DNA from: Thalia democratica
Taxonomy: Eukaryota
Assembly (NCBI GenBank): GCA_965202585.1
Contig: OZ241831.1
Span: 4,836,001 to 4,900,000 of the forward strand
DNA: 64,000 nucleotides
Reading direction: 5' to 3'
Shown piece by piece: positions 1-11,387 of the stretch; the first letter of the stretch is position 1; the number at the start of each line of letters is the position of its first letter. Below the pieces are notes generated by a model. The model had not been told where the DNA came from. It made no database searches and saw only the letters and a list, made by a program, of their open reading frames with translations. Both the position numbers and the translations under genes were made by a program.

Positions 1-39
1 ACGTGTCCCATTTGCATGCGTGCTTTCAACCAGAAAGGA
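1..39 (+). CDS. Partial C2H2 zinc-finger-like coding fragment at the window edge
   Basis: Frame 1 reads TCPICMRAFNQKG (C-x2-C-x3-F). The expected L-x2-H-x3-H half does not follow, there is no GT donor, and I found no continuation exon. Confidence 0.35.
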
Positions 40-1169
40 CTTCACTGCTTTTACTTGCAGTTTTCTTTGTGACCGCATCTGTTCGGCAGCAGGGGCCATA
101 TTTGTTTTGAAGCAAATCAATACTTGATTAATTTCTCAGTACGAAGTGGTCTAAGATATAACAACCTTTCATACTAACATACAGCTTAACTTTGTCAGCA
201 TATTTGTTAAAAAAATAAATAAGTTGTTAACTTGTTGAAATCTTTTTTTTTGTTACATAGAACAATTTAAACAAACGATACTTTTTTAGATATCCAAACA
301 ATATAAGCTAAAACAGGTAAAAGTTAGTAGTCGAGTCGCTTAATACTGTTTTCCATTTTTCTTTGAATTATTTGTTCAAATTTTTTTATTCTTATACACG
401 AATATTGTTGACGATAAGAATTTTACTGTTAAAGTTTAAATTTAACATTTAACTGATTTGTTTTATTTTAAAATACAAAGAATTTCTGGTTCATGTATTT
501 CCTTTAATATTTCTTTTGGTTTAAAATGCTAAAGTATGAGACAAACTAAAATTATCGGTTATTTATTAACTCCATACTAAGCCAATTTTAGTTTGAAATC
601 ACTCAGTATTATAGTAAAACGTACACCTAATTATCTGTTATTTTGGTAGGTTTTAAACTTCTATAACTAATACAAGAACTATAACAGAGAAAAAATAAAC
701 AAAACAAAATTCTTTTAAGGTTTAAAATTAGATTAACGAAAACGAGTTACATCATAAACAGTTTAACTAGTATCGGGTCTCTTTCTGAAAATAAGATTAA
801 AGTTTTATTTGTTATAACGTTTATATTTCTTAGCGTAAGACTAACGAAATCGGTTAAGTTCCGAAACAATTTCTGGTGTGGTTTCTATTTTTTTTTTTAT
901 ATCCGGCCTGTTTTGTACTAATGCTTCGGTATCTCCTTGCAACATTGTGAAATACAACCCGGCGTAATCTTAATTAAAAACTTGATGTTCGTAGTAGCCC
1001 TTAGTTTAATATTTTTATATTTTTACAGCACAAAAAACATGAAAAAATTTAATTTTTATTTTTAAAAGATTTATTACACTACTATAAACGTCTTGCTTAG
1101 TTATTGAAATAAAATTAGTCATGCACTTAAAGTAAAGCATTGATTTTAGCTGAATTAAATGGGACACGT

Positions 1170-1339
1170 TCAAAATCCACCCAATTTTTTTTTTTAATAT
1201 TTTCTTTGTTTATCAATTTATTTTATATATCTTTTGCATTTTTTATTTTTATTTTATTTATTTTTTCACTATCACTCTTACCCCTAACCCTTACCCTTGA
1301 TCTGTAAGCGGTTCTCGAATTTGACTGGGTGGATTTTGA
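1170..1339. repeat. MITE-like 14-bp inverted repeat
   Basis: TCAAAATCCACCCA at 1170-1183 and TGGGTGGATTTTGA at 1326-1339 flank an AT-rich spacer. A similar motif (TCAAAATCCACCA) recurs near 15770. Confidence 0.4.
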
Positions 1340-2541
1340 CGGTATATCGAATTAAATAAATCTAATTCTCGACTGAAACGGTCTGATAAGCGAGAACCGG
1401 ATAAGTGAGGAAGCAGTGTACTAACAGATTAGAAATATCTAAATTCGAATAACACATATCCTACCATCCTACAAATTGAATAATAAAAAATCTAGTAAAT
1501 ACAAACCGGCGTTGTTAATAAATGTTTCAACTTTGATAGATACAAATTAGAAGTATAGAAGTAAAAATACTTAATTTACTACTTTATAAAATAAATAATA
1601 AAACCTACTTAAATAAACTTGGTAAGATTAAAAGACGGGGCTTAGCTTCAGGAAACAAATTGGGTTGCGACTAATTTTACTCCAAATTAAGGTTTTAGTT
1701 TTATCCATCACTATTTTTCATCTAACAAAAAGTAACTGATATATAAATTAATAAACAGACTCAGATGTTATACACTTAAAATATAATTACAAACTGTCAA
1801 ACAATTGTATAATTTATTTCTAATTTGAAATGATTTCTTAATATTTTCGTTTACCTTTATTAGGCTAAAATTAATTTTTGTATCATAATAAAATAAAAAT
1901 AACTTATTTTATAAAACAAACGATTCAAACAATTTAACAAAACTTTGGTTACTTTTGATCTATTTATATCTACATATTTTTTTAAATATTTACAATACGT
2001 ATTTAAATAATAATGATGCGTCAACTTTGAGGAATTTACACGTAAAAATGTGTTAATAAGTTTTATCGATAACTTACCAAACACTTAAGAATATAGCTAA
2101 CCGTTTAAATATTAAGTTCTTATTTTAAGCACTGACGAGCTCTTTAGACATAACTTAGCTTGCCAAATAAACTTCTGATAAAACTAAAATGTTTATATAT
2201 ATAGATATTGTAAGAATTAAGAATCTAAAAAATGTATATATACGTTTTGTCTTTAATAGATTTTTATCTTTATATATTATCATGAAGGACTTTGTTAAAA
2301 AGTTTAAACACAAACCACTTGTTTTTTTAAATTCTGATGTTTAACAATTAACTTCATTTAGCACATCGTCAGAATAAGAATGCTAATAATTGATCAGAGT
2401 ATAGTATAAATTTAAAGTTATGTATAATGGTTTCTTACATATCTACTTATATAGTTATTTGTCTTAACTAAAAAAGATTGCTCAATTTACTGAAATGTAA
2501 AGAGCTTATTTAAATAAAGATGCGCAAGTTTGATATTTTGT

Positions 2542-2672
2542 TTACTACCAGGTGGCAAAAAATATTGCGAACTTTTAAGTGAATCATTTTACTATTTTAT
2601 TTATATAATACTTTGCTACTTTATTATACTTGAAAAAGTCGCAATTTTTTTGCCACCGTAACCTGATGGTAA
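2542..2672. repeat. MITE-like imperfect inverted repeat
   Basis: GGTGGCAAAAAATATTGCGA from 2551 pairs with TCGCAATTTTTTTGCCACC ending at 2657. Outer TTACTACC...GGTAA also pair loosely. Confidence 0.5.
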
Positions 2673-2699
2673 TTAATATATTCAAATTTAACATTTTAT

Positions 2700-2943
2700 T
2701 TAAATATCTAGTTAGAAATATTTTGATAGCAACGTTAAGCCAAAAGGTAAACAATCATCAATCCATGAAAATCTCCTCAAAAATCCTAGTTGTGCAGAGA
2801 TCTACCTGGATAGTAGATTTGAAATTCTATCCAGAGCGAAAAACTCTTACCATCTCTCAGTTATAGAATCATCGTTCATTAGAACTCGCGAGACCAAAAC
2901 TTGTAAACAACGAGATTTTTACAACTTAAAACTAAACAAATAG
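2700..2943 (+). mobile_element. Penelope-like retroelement 3' fragment (C-terminal part of GIY-YIG endonuclease)
   Basis: Frame from 2716 reads KYFDSNVKPKGKQSSIHENLLKNPSCAEIYLDSRFEILSRAKNSYHLSVIESSFIRTRETKTCKQRDFYNLKLNK*. From recall, this matches the PLE tail pattern SxIxxHL..C..F.IL..A...hL.vlE..fI....lCkQ.ef..LkL. It is 5'-truncated and the expected His is N. Confidence 0.7.
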
Positions 2944-3820
2944 CGTATTTTTAGTATTCCTATTGTCGTTTTTTGTTATGTAATTTTTAATTTTAATATA
3001 ATTTCAAATAAGATTTCTTCAGTCTTAAATGTTTATATTATATGATATTATTATTTGATCTTAAAAATAACTTTAAAATAGTGATGTATAGGTTAACTTT
3101 AATTTAAACTTTTAAACATGTTTTTACAATAAACACTTTATTAAGTAATTATTTATAGCTAGATATTTATAAAACCGTTATACATAACTACAAATTTGTA
3201 TCATACCCATACCAGTTTTTACCAACCTTATTCTGAAGATGTGCTAAACGGACTTAATCAATAGACTTTCGAACTTTTTAAGAATGAATGGTTCATGATT
3301 AAACTTTTTAATAAAAACCAGTACCAAAACAACATTTTTTAAAAAGTAAATTTTGTTATAGAGAAAAATTTATCAATATAGAAATAGTTCCATTACATGT
3401 TGCCACATTTCATTACAATTCTGCTTAATCTTTTGAATACTTCCAACTCGGAAGCTTTTTGATTTTTTATTGCTAAAAAACAAAAAGCTTTATCTAATAG
3501 CAGCTCTAGTACGTGATGCCTTGTTAATGCTGAGCAAACATCGCTGTGCAAATAAGCGAATAACTAGAAGTTTTAGAAAACTAAAACTAAAACGAAGATC
3601 AAGAAAAGCTGCTTCATCAGAAATAAAATACGCGCGTTCACCACGGATGCGACGGGCAAGAAGTTTGTTACAAAATTTCTACAAACAAAAAAACAACTGA
3701 AACTTGTTACGCATTTGAAAATTCTCAGCATATACAGGAATATATATATAGGAAGCTAAAAATTGAACAAATACATTAAAACGCTGCTACAGCTCATAAT
3801 TCTTCAACAAAACATCTTCA

Positions 3821-4250
3821 CTACGGGGGAAATCCCGCGTGCTCGTTTTCACCTTGAATGCGGCGGGCAAGATGGATGTCCTTCTCCATGATGGTCACTC
3901 TATTGGCATGGATGGCGCACAGGTTGGCGTCTTCGAAAAGCGCCACCAAGTGAGCTTCAGCAGCTTCTTGCATGGCCATGACTGCGCTGCTCTGGAAACG
4001 AATGCCCCTGACAAGGTTCAGGTCCTGGGCGACTTCACGAACGTTGGAAGGGCAGTTTGCGGATCAAGAGCTCAGTGGACTTCTGGTAGCGAAGGATTTC
4101 ACGGAGAACCACGGTACCTGGGCGGTAACGGTAGGGTATTTTGACACCTCCAGTGTTTGGTGCCCTCTTGCGGTCTGCCTTGTACGCAAGTTGCTTGCGG
4201 GGAGCTTTTCCCCCAGTTGAAATGCGCGGTTGCTGCTTGGTACAAATCAT
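3821..4250 (-). pseudogene. H3: Divergent histone H3 variant with a frameshift at ~4040 (probable pseudogene)
   Basis: 4250-4041 encodes an H3 N-terminal half through ...[10 protein letters not shown]. After one orphan T (L70-V71 missing, net -5 nt) a second frame gives [72 protein letters not shown], with TAG at 3823-3821. Intronless; no histone stem-loop seen downstream. Confidence 0.9.
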
Positions 4251-6338
4251 TTTTAACTTTAACTAACCTATAATGAAAAATGAAAAACTTTACAATTTTT
4301 TTCAAAAAATAGTTTAATTTTTCTGTAGCAATATTGTAAAATCATGTTAGTAAGTAAATTTATCAAACATGACAGCAGGGTTTTAACTGATTTTTTTTTA
4401 CACCAGAGTTTTCTAAATAGGGCAATACCGCCCCTAATGTACAGTTCTAGCAAAATAATAAATAGAAAAGAATATCTTTTTAAGATATAAACAAGTTAGC
4501 CTTTTTAGTAATTTTTAAGTTTAGGGTATCGAAAGGAATAAAGTTCATTTCCTGAATGAAAGTCCTAAAAATAAAATAAATAAAGTTTCTTAAATGAACA
4601 TCTCTCGATACTTATAGTTGACTTTTCTTGCTTAAAATTAGACTAGCTATTTGAAACTTCTTTGTAAAATAATAGAATAAACAAATATGGAAGTGTTTAA
4701 TAATCAAGTAAAACAATATATGTTAATAAATTCTAATTAATAAAGTTACTACGCTACATGGCTCGCTAGCTTGTTTTAAAGCTTTGAAATTATTAGTTCT
4801 ATTTACTAACTTCAGTGAATTTTTTTTTTAAACAAACATTGTCAGTTAACAAAAAAAAAAATGCTTACCGCTAGAAGCTAGATGAATTACTTACCTTAAA
4901 GCAAAGTTGCAATAACTTTTTTAATTTGTACGCGTATTTCAAATGCGTATGCGATTAGCTAATTGAAATATTAATAAAAAACTATGCCATAAAGAAAAAC
5001 AGCAAACATAAATATACTTAGGGTTACAAAACACTTTCAAGTTTGTTTAAACTTCAAAATCCAATTTATCTGGAAGTTTATTGTTGACCGACCCCGCCAT
5101 TCATAAAAATAATTTTTCTACCAAAGTCATTTGCAGGAAATAGGAAAACTTATAGCTGAACTCCCAGTATATTTTTTCTTGATTTAATTAAATGCAAAGC
5201 ACCGCAGTTCTTTTACAAAACATGAATCTTGGTAATTAAATTACTTACATCTCTTTTTTTAATTTAAATTCATTTTAACTTATAATTTTGACAAAAACAT
5301 AGTTTATACGGTTTGAAAAGCTATAAAAGCTAGTCGAAAAAATTTCAAGTGTCTATTTTCATCAAAAAAAAAAAGCATCTTACACTAAATATAAGTTGAT
5401 AGCAACAATTTTCTTTGTTAAAAGTTGAGTTTTTATGTGTAAACTAAACTAACTAATTCATTATAATTTATTTTTACTTTATAAAACTGAAAATATGCTG
5501 ATTTTAATTATAACTTTGCGGCTTGAACATTACATTAAAACTTGAATAATAAATTAAATATTTAAAAATAAATCTGAATAAATATATCGCATAAATCTCA
5601 AATAGACTGGTTCTTTTTTTCATTTATAACTAGAACTTTGTTTTATTTTTTTGAATGAGATGAATACCCAAGTAGTTTAGAGTTTTTATAGTTCTAGTCT
5701 AAATATAATGAAATTACACTATTTTCTATTAGTCTCTGTCTAGAATCCATCTATAAAATTAAAAACTTTTTAGTATTAACTAATTTAGTATGACTTTGTT
5801 AACAAAATTACACTAAAAGATTGTTAAGTATTATATTATTTTTTTTAAAGTTTAAATTTTTATGCATAAAAACAGTGAAGCATAAATTTAAAAATGTTTA
5901 GTTTACTATAGAAAATAGATATGTACTTTGAAAAGTAGTTAAATTAAAATAAATTGAAAAAACTAGGAAATAGGTTTTTTTCTTTTTTATAGCAACAAAA
6001 GAGCTTTAGTTAAAATACTAAGAGGCTTATTGTTAGAAATTAAAATATTTATTTTTAGTCAAAGCTTTCTACCTTTAAACATGAGCCAAACAAAATAGAC
6101 AAGATTTATAAATAATTTGCAAATTGGTCCAGGATACAAGTCAATTGTTTTTATTAGTAATTTTTTCCCTGCATCAGTAGTTACAAGAAATAAAACAAAA
6201 TAGAAACATTTTAAACCTTTAAAATTCAAGCTGTTGTCTCCATAACAACAAACAGCTTCGAACTTTTCATCAAATTTTCAATTCAAACCGCTTGAATTTT
6301 ATTCGTATTGTAAAAAATTTCAAACAAACTGAACTCCA

Positions 6339-7211
6339 ATGCTAAACTCAAACTTCACACTCACGCCCAACTTCCACAGCGCGATCAGAAACTACACGTA
6401 CGGGCTGGGATGCGGATTCCTGCCCCTGCAGCAGATGACGTTCAACTCCTACAGACTCCCCTACCCCAGCTACCTGCTGGAAAACAACTTTTTGAACAAC
6501 GGACTGGCCGGCTGTTGCGGATACGAGAGACCGGATTATTACCACGATGACTATTACGACTATTACGATCATGGTTACGACCGCAAAAGAGGCGTTTACG
6601 CGAGGAAGCCAAGAAGCCCGACGGCCAACCTGAGGCAGCACGACAACAACAAGAACGTCCGAGTGAAGTTAGACAACAGGAGCAGGAACAAGGACAAGGT
6701 GAACGAGAGCGTGTTCTTCTCGAAGAGAAGCCCCGGAAACCCGGTGAAGGTGAGGTACGCGGAAAACTACAGGGAACCCGAGATCTGCCCGTCGTACGTC
6801 GAGAGGTACAACAAGTCCAACAGGTGGGCGAGAAGGCCCAGGGTCATGCACCCGAAAGACACCGAGGAGTACTCGAGGCCCGGCTACTACTATCTGGAGG
6901 GTGCGGATTTCCCGCGCTTTTACTCCCCGTACTACGACTCTGATTGGTCGGACTCGATCGGGCTGCCGCCGTTTCTCAACAAGCCGAGGAAGCGGAAGAA
7001 AAGGAAGAGAAAGAAGAAGGAAAAGGGAGCGGTTCAGGTGATAATCAACACCAACGTCAACAACGACACAAAACTGATTGATCCGAAGAAGAACAATAAA
7101 ATAAGTAAAATAAGTAAAATTAAAAAGGAAAATAAAGCGGTTTTGAGCAAAGAGCCCCAAGTTTTGACTTATAAAAAAGAGCCTCAAGTTTTGACTTATA
7201 CAATAGATTAA
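6339..7211 (+). CDS. Hypothetical basic Tyr/Asp-rich protein A (290 aa), paralog of the 9427-11387 gene
   Basis: Long ORF with GC3-rich codon usage like that of confirmed exons. Motifs GCC, YYHDDYYDYY, GLPP, a poly-K/R run and AVQVIINTNVN are shared with protein B. The start codon is uncertain; a possible acceptor lies at TTCCACAG near 6379. Confidence 0.7.
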   Translation: MLNSNFTLTPNFHSAIRNYTYGLGCGFLPLQQMTFNSYRLPYPSYLLENNFLNNGLAGCCGYERPDYYHDDYYDYYDHGYDRKRGVYARKPRSPTANLRQHDNNKNVRVKLDNRSRNKDKVNESVFFSKRSPGNPVKVRYAENYREPEICPSYVERYNKSNRWARRPRVMHPKDTEEYSRPGYYYLEGADFPRFYSPYYDSDWSDSIGLPPFLNKPRKRKKRKRKKKEKGAVQVIINTNVNNDTKLIDPKKNNKISKISKIKKENKAVLSKEPQVLTYKKEPQVLTYTID

Positions 7212-8973
7212 ATGATGATCAGAATGCTTCTAGTAGAGTTGTTTAACTATAACAATGCTGAGAGGAATGTAAACTTTGCTAAGAAAAATTTGAAGAATAA
7301 TAGAAAAAAAGGTTTTTGAAAAAGCTAACAACTTTATTAAACTATAAAATGGTCAAGCTAGAAACAAAGTCTAAAGAATCTTACTTCAAAAGATTAATGA
7401 TAACACACAGAATAAAAACAAACGATTAATGGATGGAAATTGTTACAGATGCGTAAAGTAACAAAGACTAATTGAACTAGAAGTATTTACTTGGAAAATA
7501 TTTAAATTATATTTTTTAATTTTATTCACTTTATAAAACAAAAACATTTTAAATAAGTTTAGTTTAAGACTAGACAGTGTCTTTAAGAAATAAATTGTTT
7601 AGTCTAACTTTGGTATTTTTAAAAGTATTTGTTAACAAAATCTATAAACCTAGTTTAAATGATGCAATGTAAATATTTGTATTTAAGTATTTCTGAATTT
7701 ATCAAATAGATTAAATAGCTATAATGTATTATTTCAATCATTATCCATGTTTAAGGTGTTTTATAACAGAATATAATTAGTTTTAAACAAATATTGTTCT
7801 TTCTAAAGCCTGAAACGACTCTTGAAAGAATTGTATGTAAATCAACAGAAAGTTGCTATTAAGAAGGAACATACTTGAATTTGTAGGATGTGTATTTAAC
7901 ACTGAGCCATGTTTTCATTTAATCAAACTTCAAATTTTGAACTAAAGAATAAGAGTATGTTAAATAAAAAACTCAGTATTAACACTTTATCTACTTACTG
8001 AAGAATAGCTCCTGTTTAAAGATAGTTTAGTTTGTTTACAAATAAAAATATATTAAAAGACATACAAATTTATATACCAAATAAAGGTAACAATCTAGAT
8101 ACAAAGCTGTATGAAAATAGATGTTAAGGTAATTATTACTTAACAAGGAAAGTGAAAACTGTTAAAGAACCTTATTAAAGTACTTAAGTTTTATTTCTGT
8201 AAGTTTTGTTAGGTACGTGGTTTTTAAAACTAAACAACTTAAAGGTACAGCTTTGTTTTTTTATGAGAAAACTCCTTGTCCGTAATACGCAATACAACTT
8301 ATATTTTGTTAACTGTTTTTACTACTAAGCTAAAAGTTTTATTAATCATTAACTTCAGTTCTAGTGCCCAATGACACTATTTAGAAACGTTAGTTAAATA
8401 GTAGTTATATAGTAAGATAAAATATTGAAATAAAAACATAAAGTGAACATTTTAAAACTTCTCGGTTACCTCAGTTTACTTCAATTGTAAATGAGCTTAC
8501 TTTGTTAAAAAAACTATTAAGCTGAGAATTAGATACATGGTTGTAAAAGTAACCGAAATAGAAAAAAAAATTATAAAGATTAAAACAAAATAAGATGTAC
8601 ATTTACAAGAGATAAAATGGTTACAACAAAAAATTGTCGCTTTGTTTTTTTTAAGTAACACTTTTATCAATTTGTTATTTAAGTTTGATTAGACTCAACA
8701 TGACCTCGGTATTACATCTTTAGAGTGAAAATTCAATTATAAATGTTTTTTAGCAATAAGTTACAGGTTTTTAAAACAGCTTATTATTTAAAAAACAATA
8801 ACTTTTAAAGTGTTTTTGGAAAAAAAATATACATAACTATTTCTTTTCGCTTTAAATAGCTAGAAGAAAGTAAAAATAATAAAATACAGTTTCCTACTTT
8901 TTCTAGTTTCCGTTTTTAAAGTTTGTGGATTTCATGGGTTGTAAAAAGTTATTTGTAAAAGAAACGCTTAGGT

Positions 8974-9242
8974 CAGGGGTCGGCAAACTGCAATCTACGG
9001 GCATGCACATTTGGCCTGCGAAAAAAAATTAATAAAACTAACACTTCCTACTGACTATATAATCTGAAGTATGAAAAGAAGAGCAAAAAAAGAACGAATA
9101 TAAAATTTACGGAAAATACAAAATTTACAACAGGTATTTTAAGTCTGCTATGAAGAGTGAATACTAAAGCTACAACTACGGTCCGCGAACATTTCTATTT
9201 TTTAAATTTTCCCCGTGCCCACCAAACACCTGCCGAACCCTA
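8974..9242. mobile_element. Non-autonomous hAT-family MITE with 8-bp target-site duplication
   Basis: Left TIR CAGGGGTCGGCA at 8974; right TIR reverse complement TAGGGTTCGGCA ending at 9242 (10/12 match). Flanks GCTTAGGT (8966-8973) and GCTTAGTT (9243-9250) match 7/8. CAGGGG-type ends and 8-bp TSDs are typical of hAT. Confidence 0.8.
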
Positions 9243-9426
9243 GCTTAGTTTACGACTTTGCAAGAATCATAAAACGTTAATTTTTTTACGAAAGCAAACA
9301 AAAAGTTTTTAAGCTATTTCTTTAATTCTTGAAAAGTTTCATAAGAGTTGCCATAGAAACTCATGAATATTTTATTCTAGTTTTAAATATTAATTTATTT
9401 TAAAAAACAATCTGCACAGCAGCAAA

Positions 9427-11387
9427 ATGGATCCGAACTCGCTCGTGAAGGCGGTGGTAGCCAGCGGGTGTTGCAACAAGCACGGCAACGGTAACAACTG
9501 CGGGACTGTCCCCCAGTACGTGAGCACGTCAGCGATGCCACCCATCAACAACTACATGTACCCGCAGCAGATGATGCCGCCCCAGATGATGATGCCCCAG
9601 CAGTTCCAGTACCCCATGTTCGTGCCCATGCCGATGCCCGTGTACCAGGACGGCGGTTGTCACGGCGGCGGGTGTCACCACTGCCACCACGGGCACCACC
9701 ACCACCACAGGCCGCCGTGGAGCCACTACTACGACGACTACTACGACTACGGGCTTCCCCCTCCGATGAGAGAGAGGAGGCGGCGAAGGAGGAGACGGAA
9801 GAGGGACAACGACGCGGTTCAGGTTTTTTTTTAATTATTACTGATCTTTTTATTATCAATATTTTTAAAGTTTTTCCAATTCGAGAGTTCGTTCATAAAA
9901 CAACGATTCTATCAGTAAGTCAATGAGATCAAAGGGAAGAATTATTGAAATGATAAGTTTGTATTTATTTCCTTGGATTCAAGTCGAGAACTATTATTGT
10001 TGCTCTTACAAGTGTAAAACAGTAACTTTACTTTAACTTTTCAATGTTAAATAAGGCTCTTACAATAAGTATATTACAGTAATTAGTAATTTTCACTGTT
10101 AAATCTTTATAAAACTCAATTTTAGACTAACCAAAAATATTTTTAGTTAGTCAGTTAGAATAATGAGATAAAACTCTCATTTAAATGGAAATAACTCGTG
10201 AATTAATTAACTTGTATTTATTATCTTGGATTCAAGTCAAGAACTACGACCGTTGGTTTAACAATAAGTGTAAAACAGTAATTTTATTTTAATTTTTCAA
10301 GGTTGTCCTGGACACGCACGTTAACGCGGACGAGCTGGTCCACCTGCCGGAGGAGACGGCCGTGTTCACCGGGTGTGACCGCATCAAAGTGGCGGACATG
10401 ACGAAGAAGGCGGAGGTGAAGGGGGGCGGCAAGGGCGGAAAGAAAGTGAAGGGGAAGGAGGATGAGCAGAAGAACAAGCACGTGATCCAGATCGAGTCGG
10501 TGGAGGAGCTGGACTACTTCAGCGACGCGCTCAGCCACCTCACCCGGATCACGGAGTACGACGAGGGGGGCGACGACAAGAAGGGCAAGGGAAAGGGCGG
10601 TCACGGGCACGGACACGGGAAGCACGGGAAGAAAGGGCACGGCAAGAAGGGTCACGGGAAAAAGGGGCACGGAAAGCACGGGAAGAAGAAGCACGGTAAG
10701 AAGGGCCACGGCAAGAAAAAGCACGGAAAGAAGAAGGGACACCACCACCCGAGCCACGGACCGTGCATGAGCGATGAAGAGTCGTTAAGCGAAGATTCGT
10801 TGAGCGACAGTTTGAACATTTTCAGACCGAACAACAGTTTTTCCAATCTGAGAAGCGGAGGATCTTTGACTTGGAGGGGCAATCCCCAGATTGGTAACAA
10901 GGTCAATCCTCCGAAATCCGCTGATGACCTGCTGCCCAGAAACCTGTTGAAAGTTTCAAAGGAACAACTTTTGTATACTGATGACGATAGATATTTTTCT
11001 AATCATTTGAACACAAACAGAAACAGAGCTAAACATTTTTGCAAACATACAAAACCAGATAAAGGTTTAAAAAATTCTGATAGAAGTCCCAAACAAAAAG
11101 TTACTGCTGGCTGCAACACTGTTTACAATGAACAAGAAGATCCCAACAACTCGGATAAACTCGTTTTTAAGCGCGGTAACCATCTGAAGTCTAGTCAGGG
11201 AGCTTTTAGACAAAAACAAAGACATTGTAGAAAGAATCTAAATGAAACTAGTGTTATTGAGTTGGGGAATAGACTACAAAGTTTGACATGGAACAACAAA
11301 GAAGAAAACAGTAAAAACAAAAGTATCCAGCAAGTTATCAGCAAAGACATTAAGCTGCTTAAGAATCAGCTTAAGTCGAAAAAATGA
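9427..11387 (+). CDS. Hypothetical two-exon basic His/Gly/Lys-rich protein B (~493 aa)
   Basis: Exons 9427-9822 and 10302-11387, with a phase-0 intron CAG|GTTTTT...TTCAAG|GTT. The splice joins ...RKRDNDAVQ|VVLDTHVNAD..., which aligns with the uninterrupted GAVQVIINTNVNND of protein A. GC3-rich. Regions: P/M/Q-rich, Cys/His-rich, YYDDYYDY, Arg run and a (G/K)HGKK repeat. Confidence 0.75.

Noticed and set aside
36-62. Possible GA-AG intron after the zinc-finger fragment (AAAG|GACTTC...TTGCAG)
   Set aside because: It would be only 23 nt, and the downstream frame does not restore the His ligands. No supporting exon was found.
1278-1298. Telomere-like CCCTAACCCTTACCCT
   Set aside because: Only about three degenerate units inside a MITE-like spacer; not an interstitial telomeric array.
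2130-2175. Hammerhead-like CTGACGAG core near the Penelope fragment
   Set aside because: No GAAA partner or closing stems could be found.
3821-4250. Calling the H3 variant a true CENP-A/CenH3
   Set aside because: The N-tail is alignable to canonical H3 and Q68/F84 are retained. Only the loop-1 length and a few residues are CENP-A-like.
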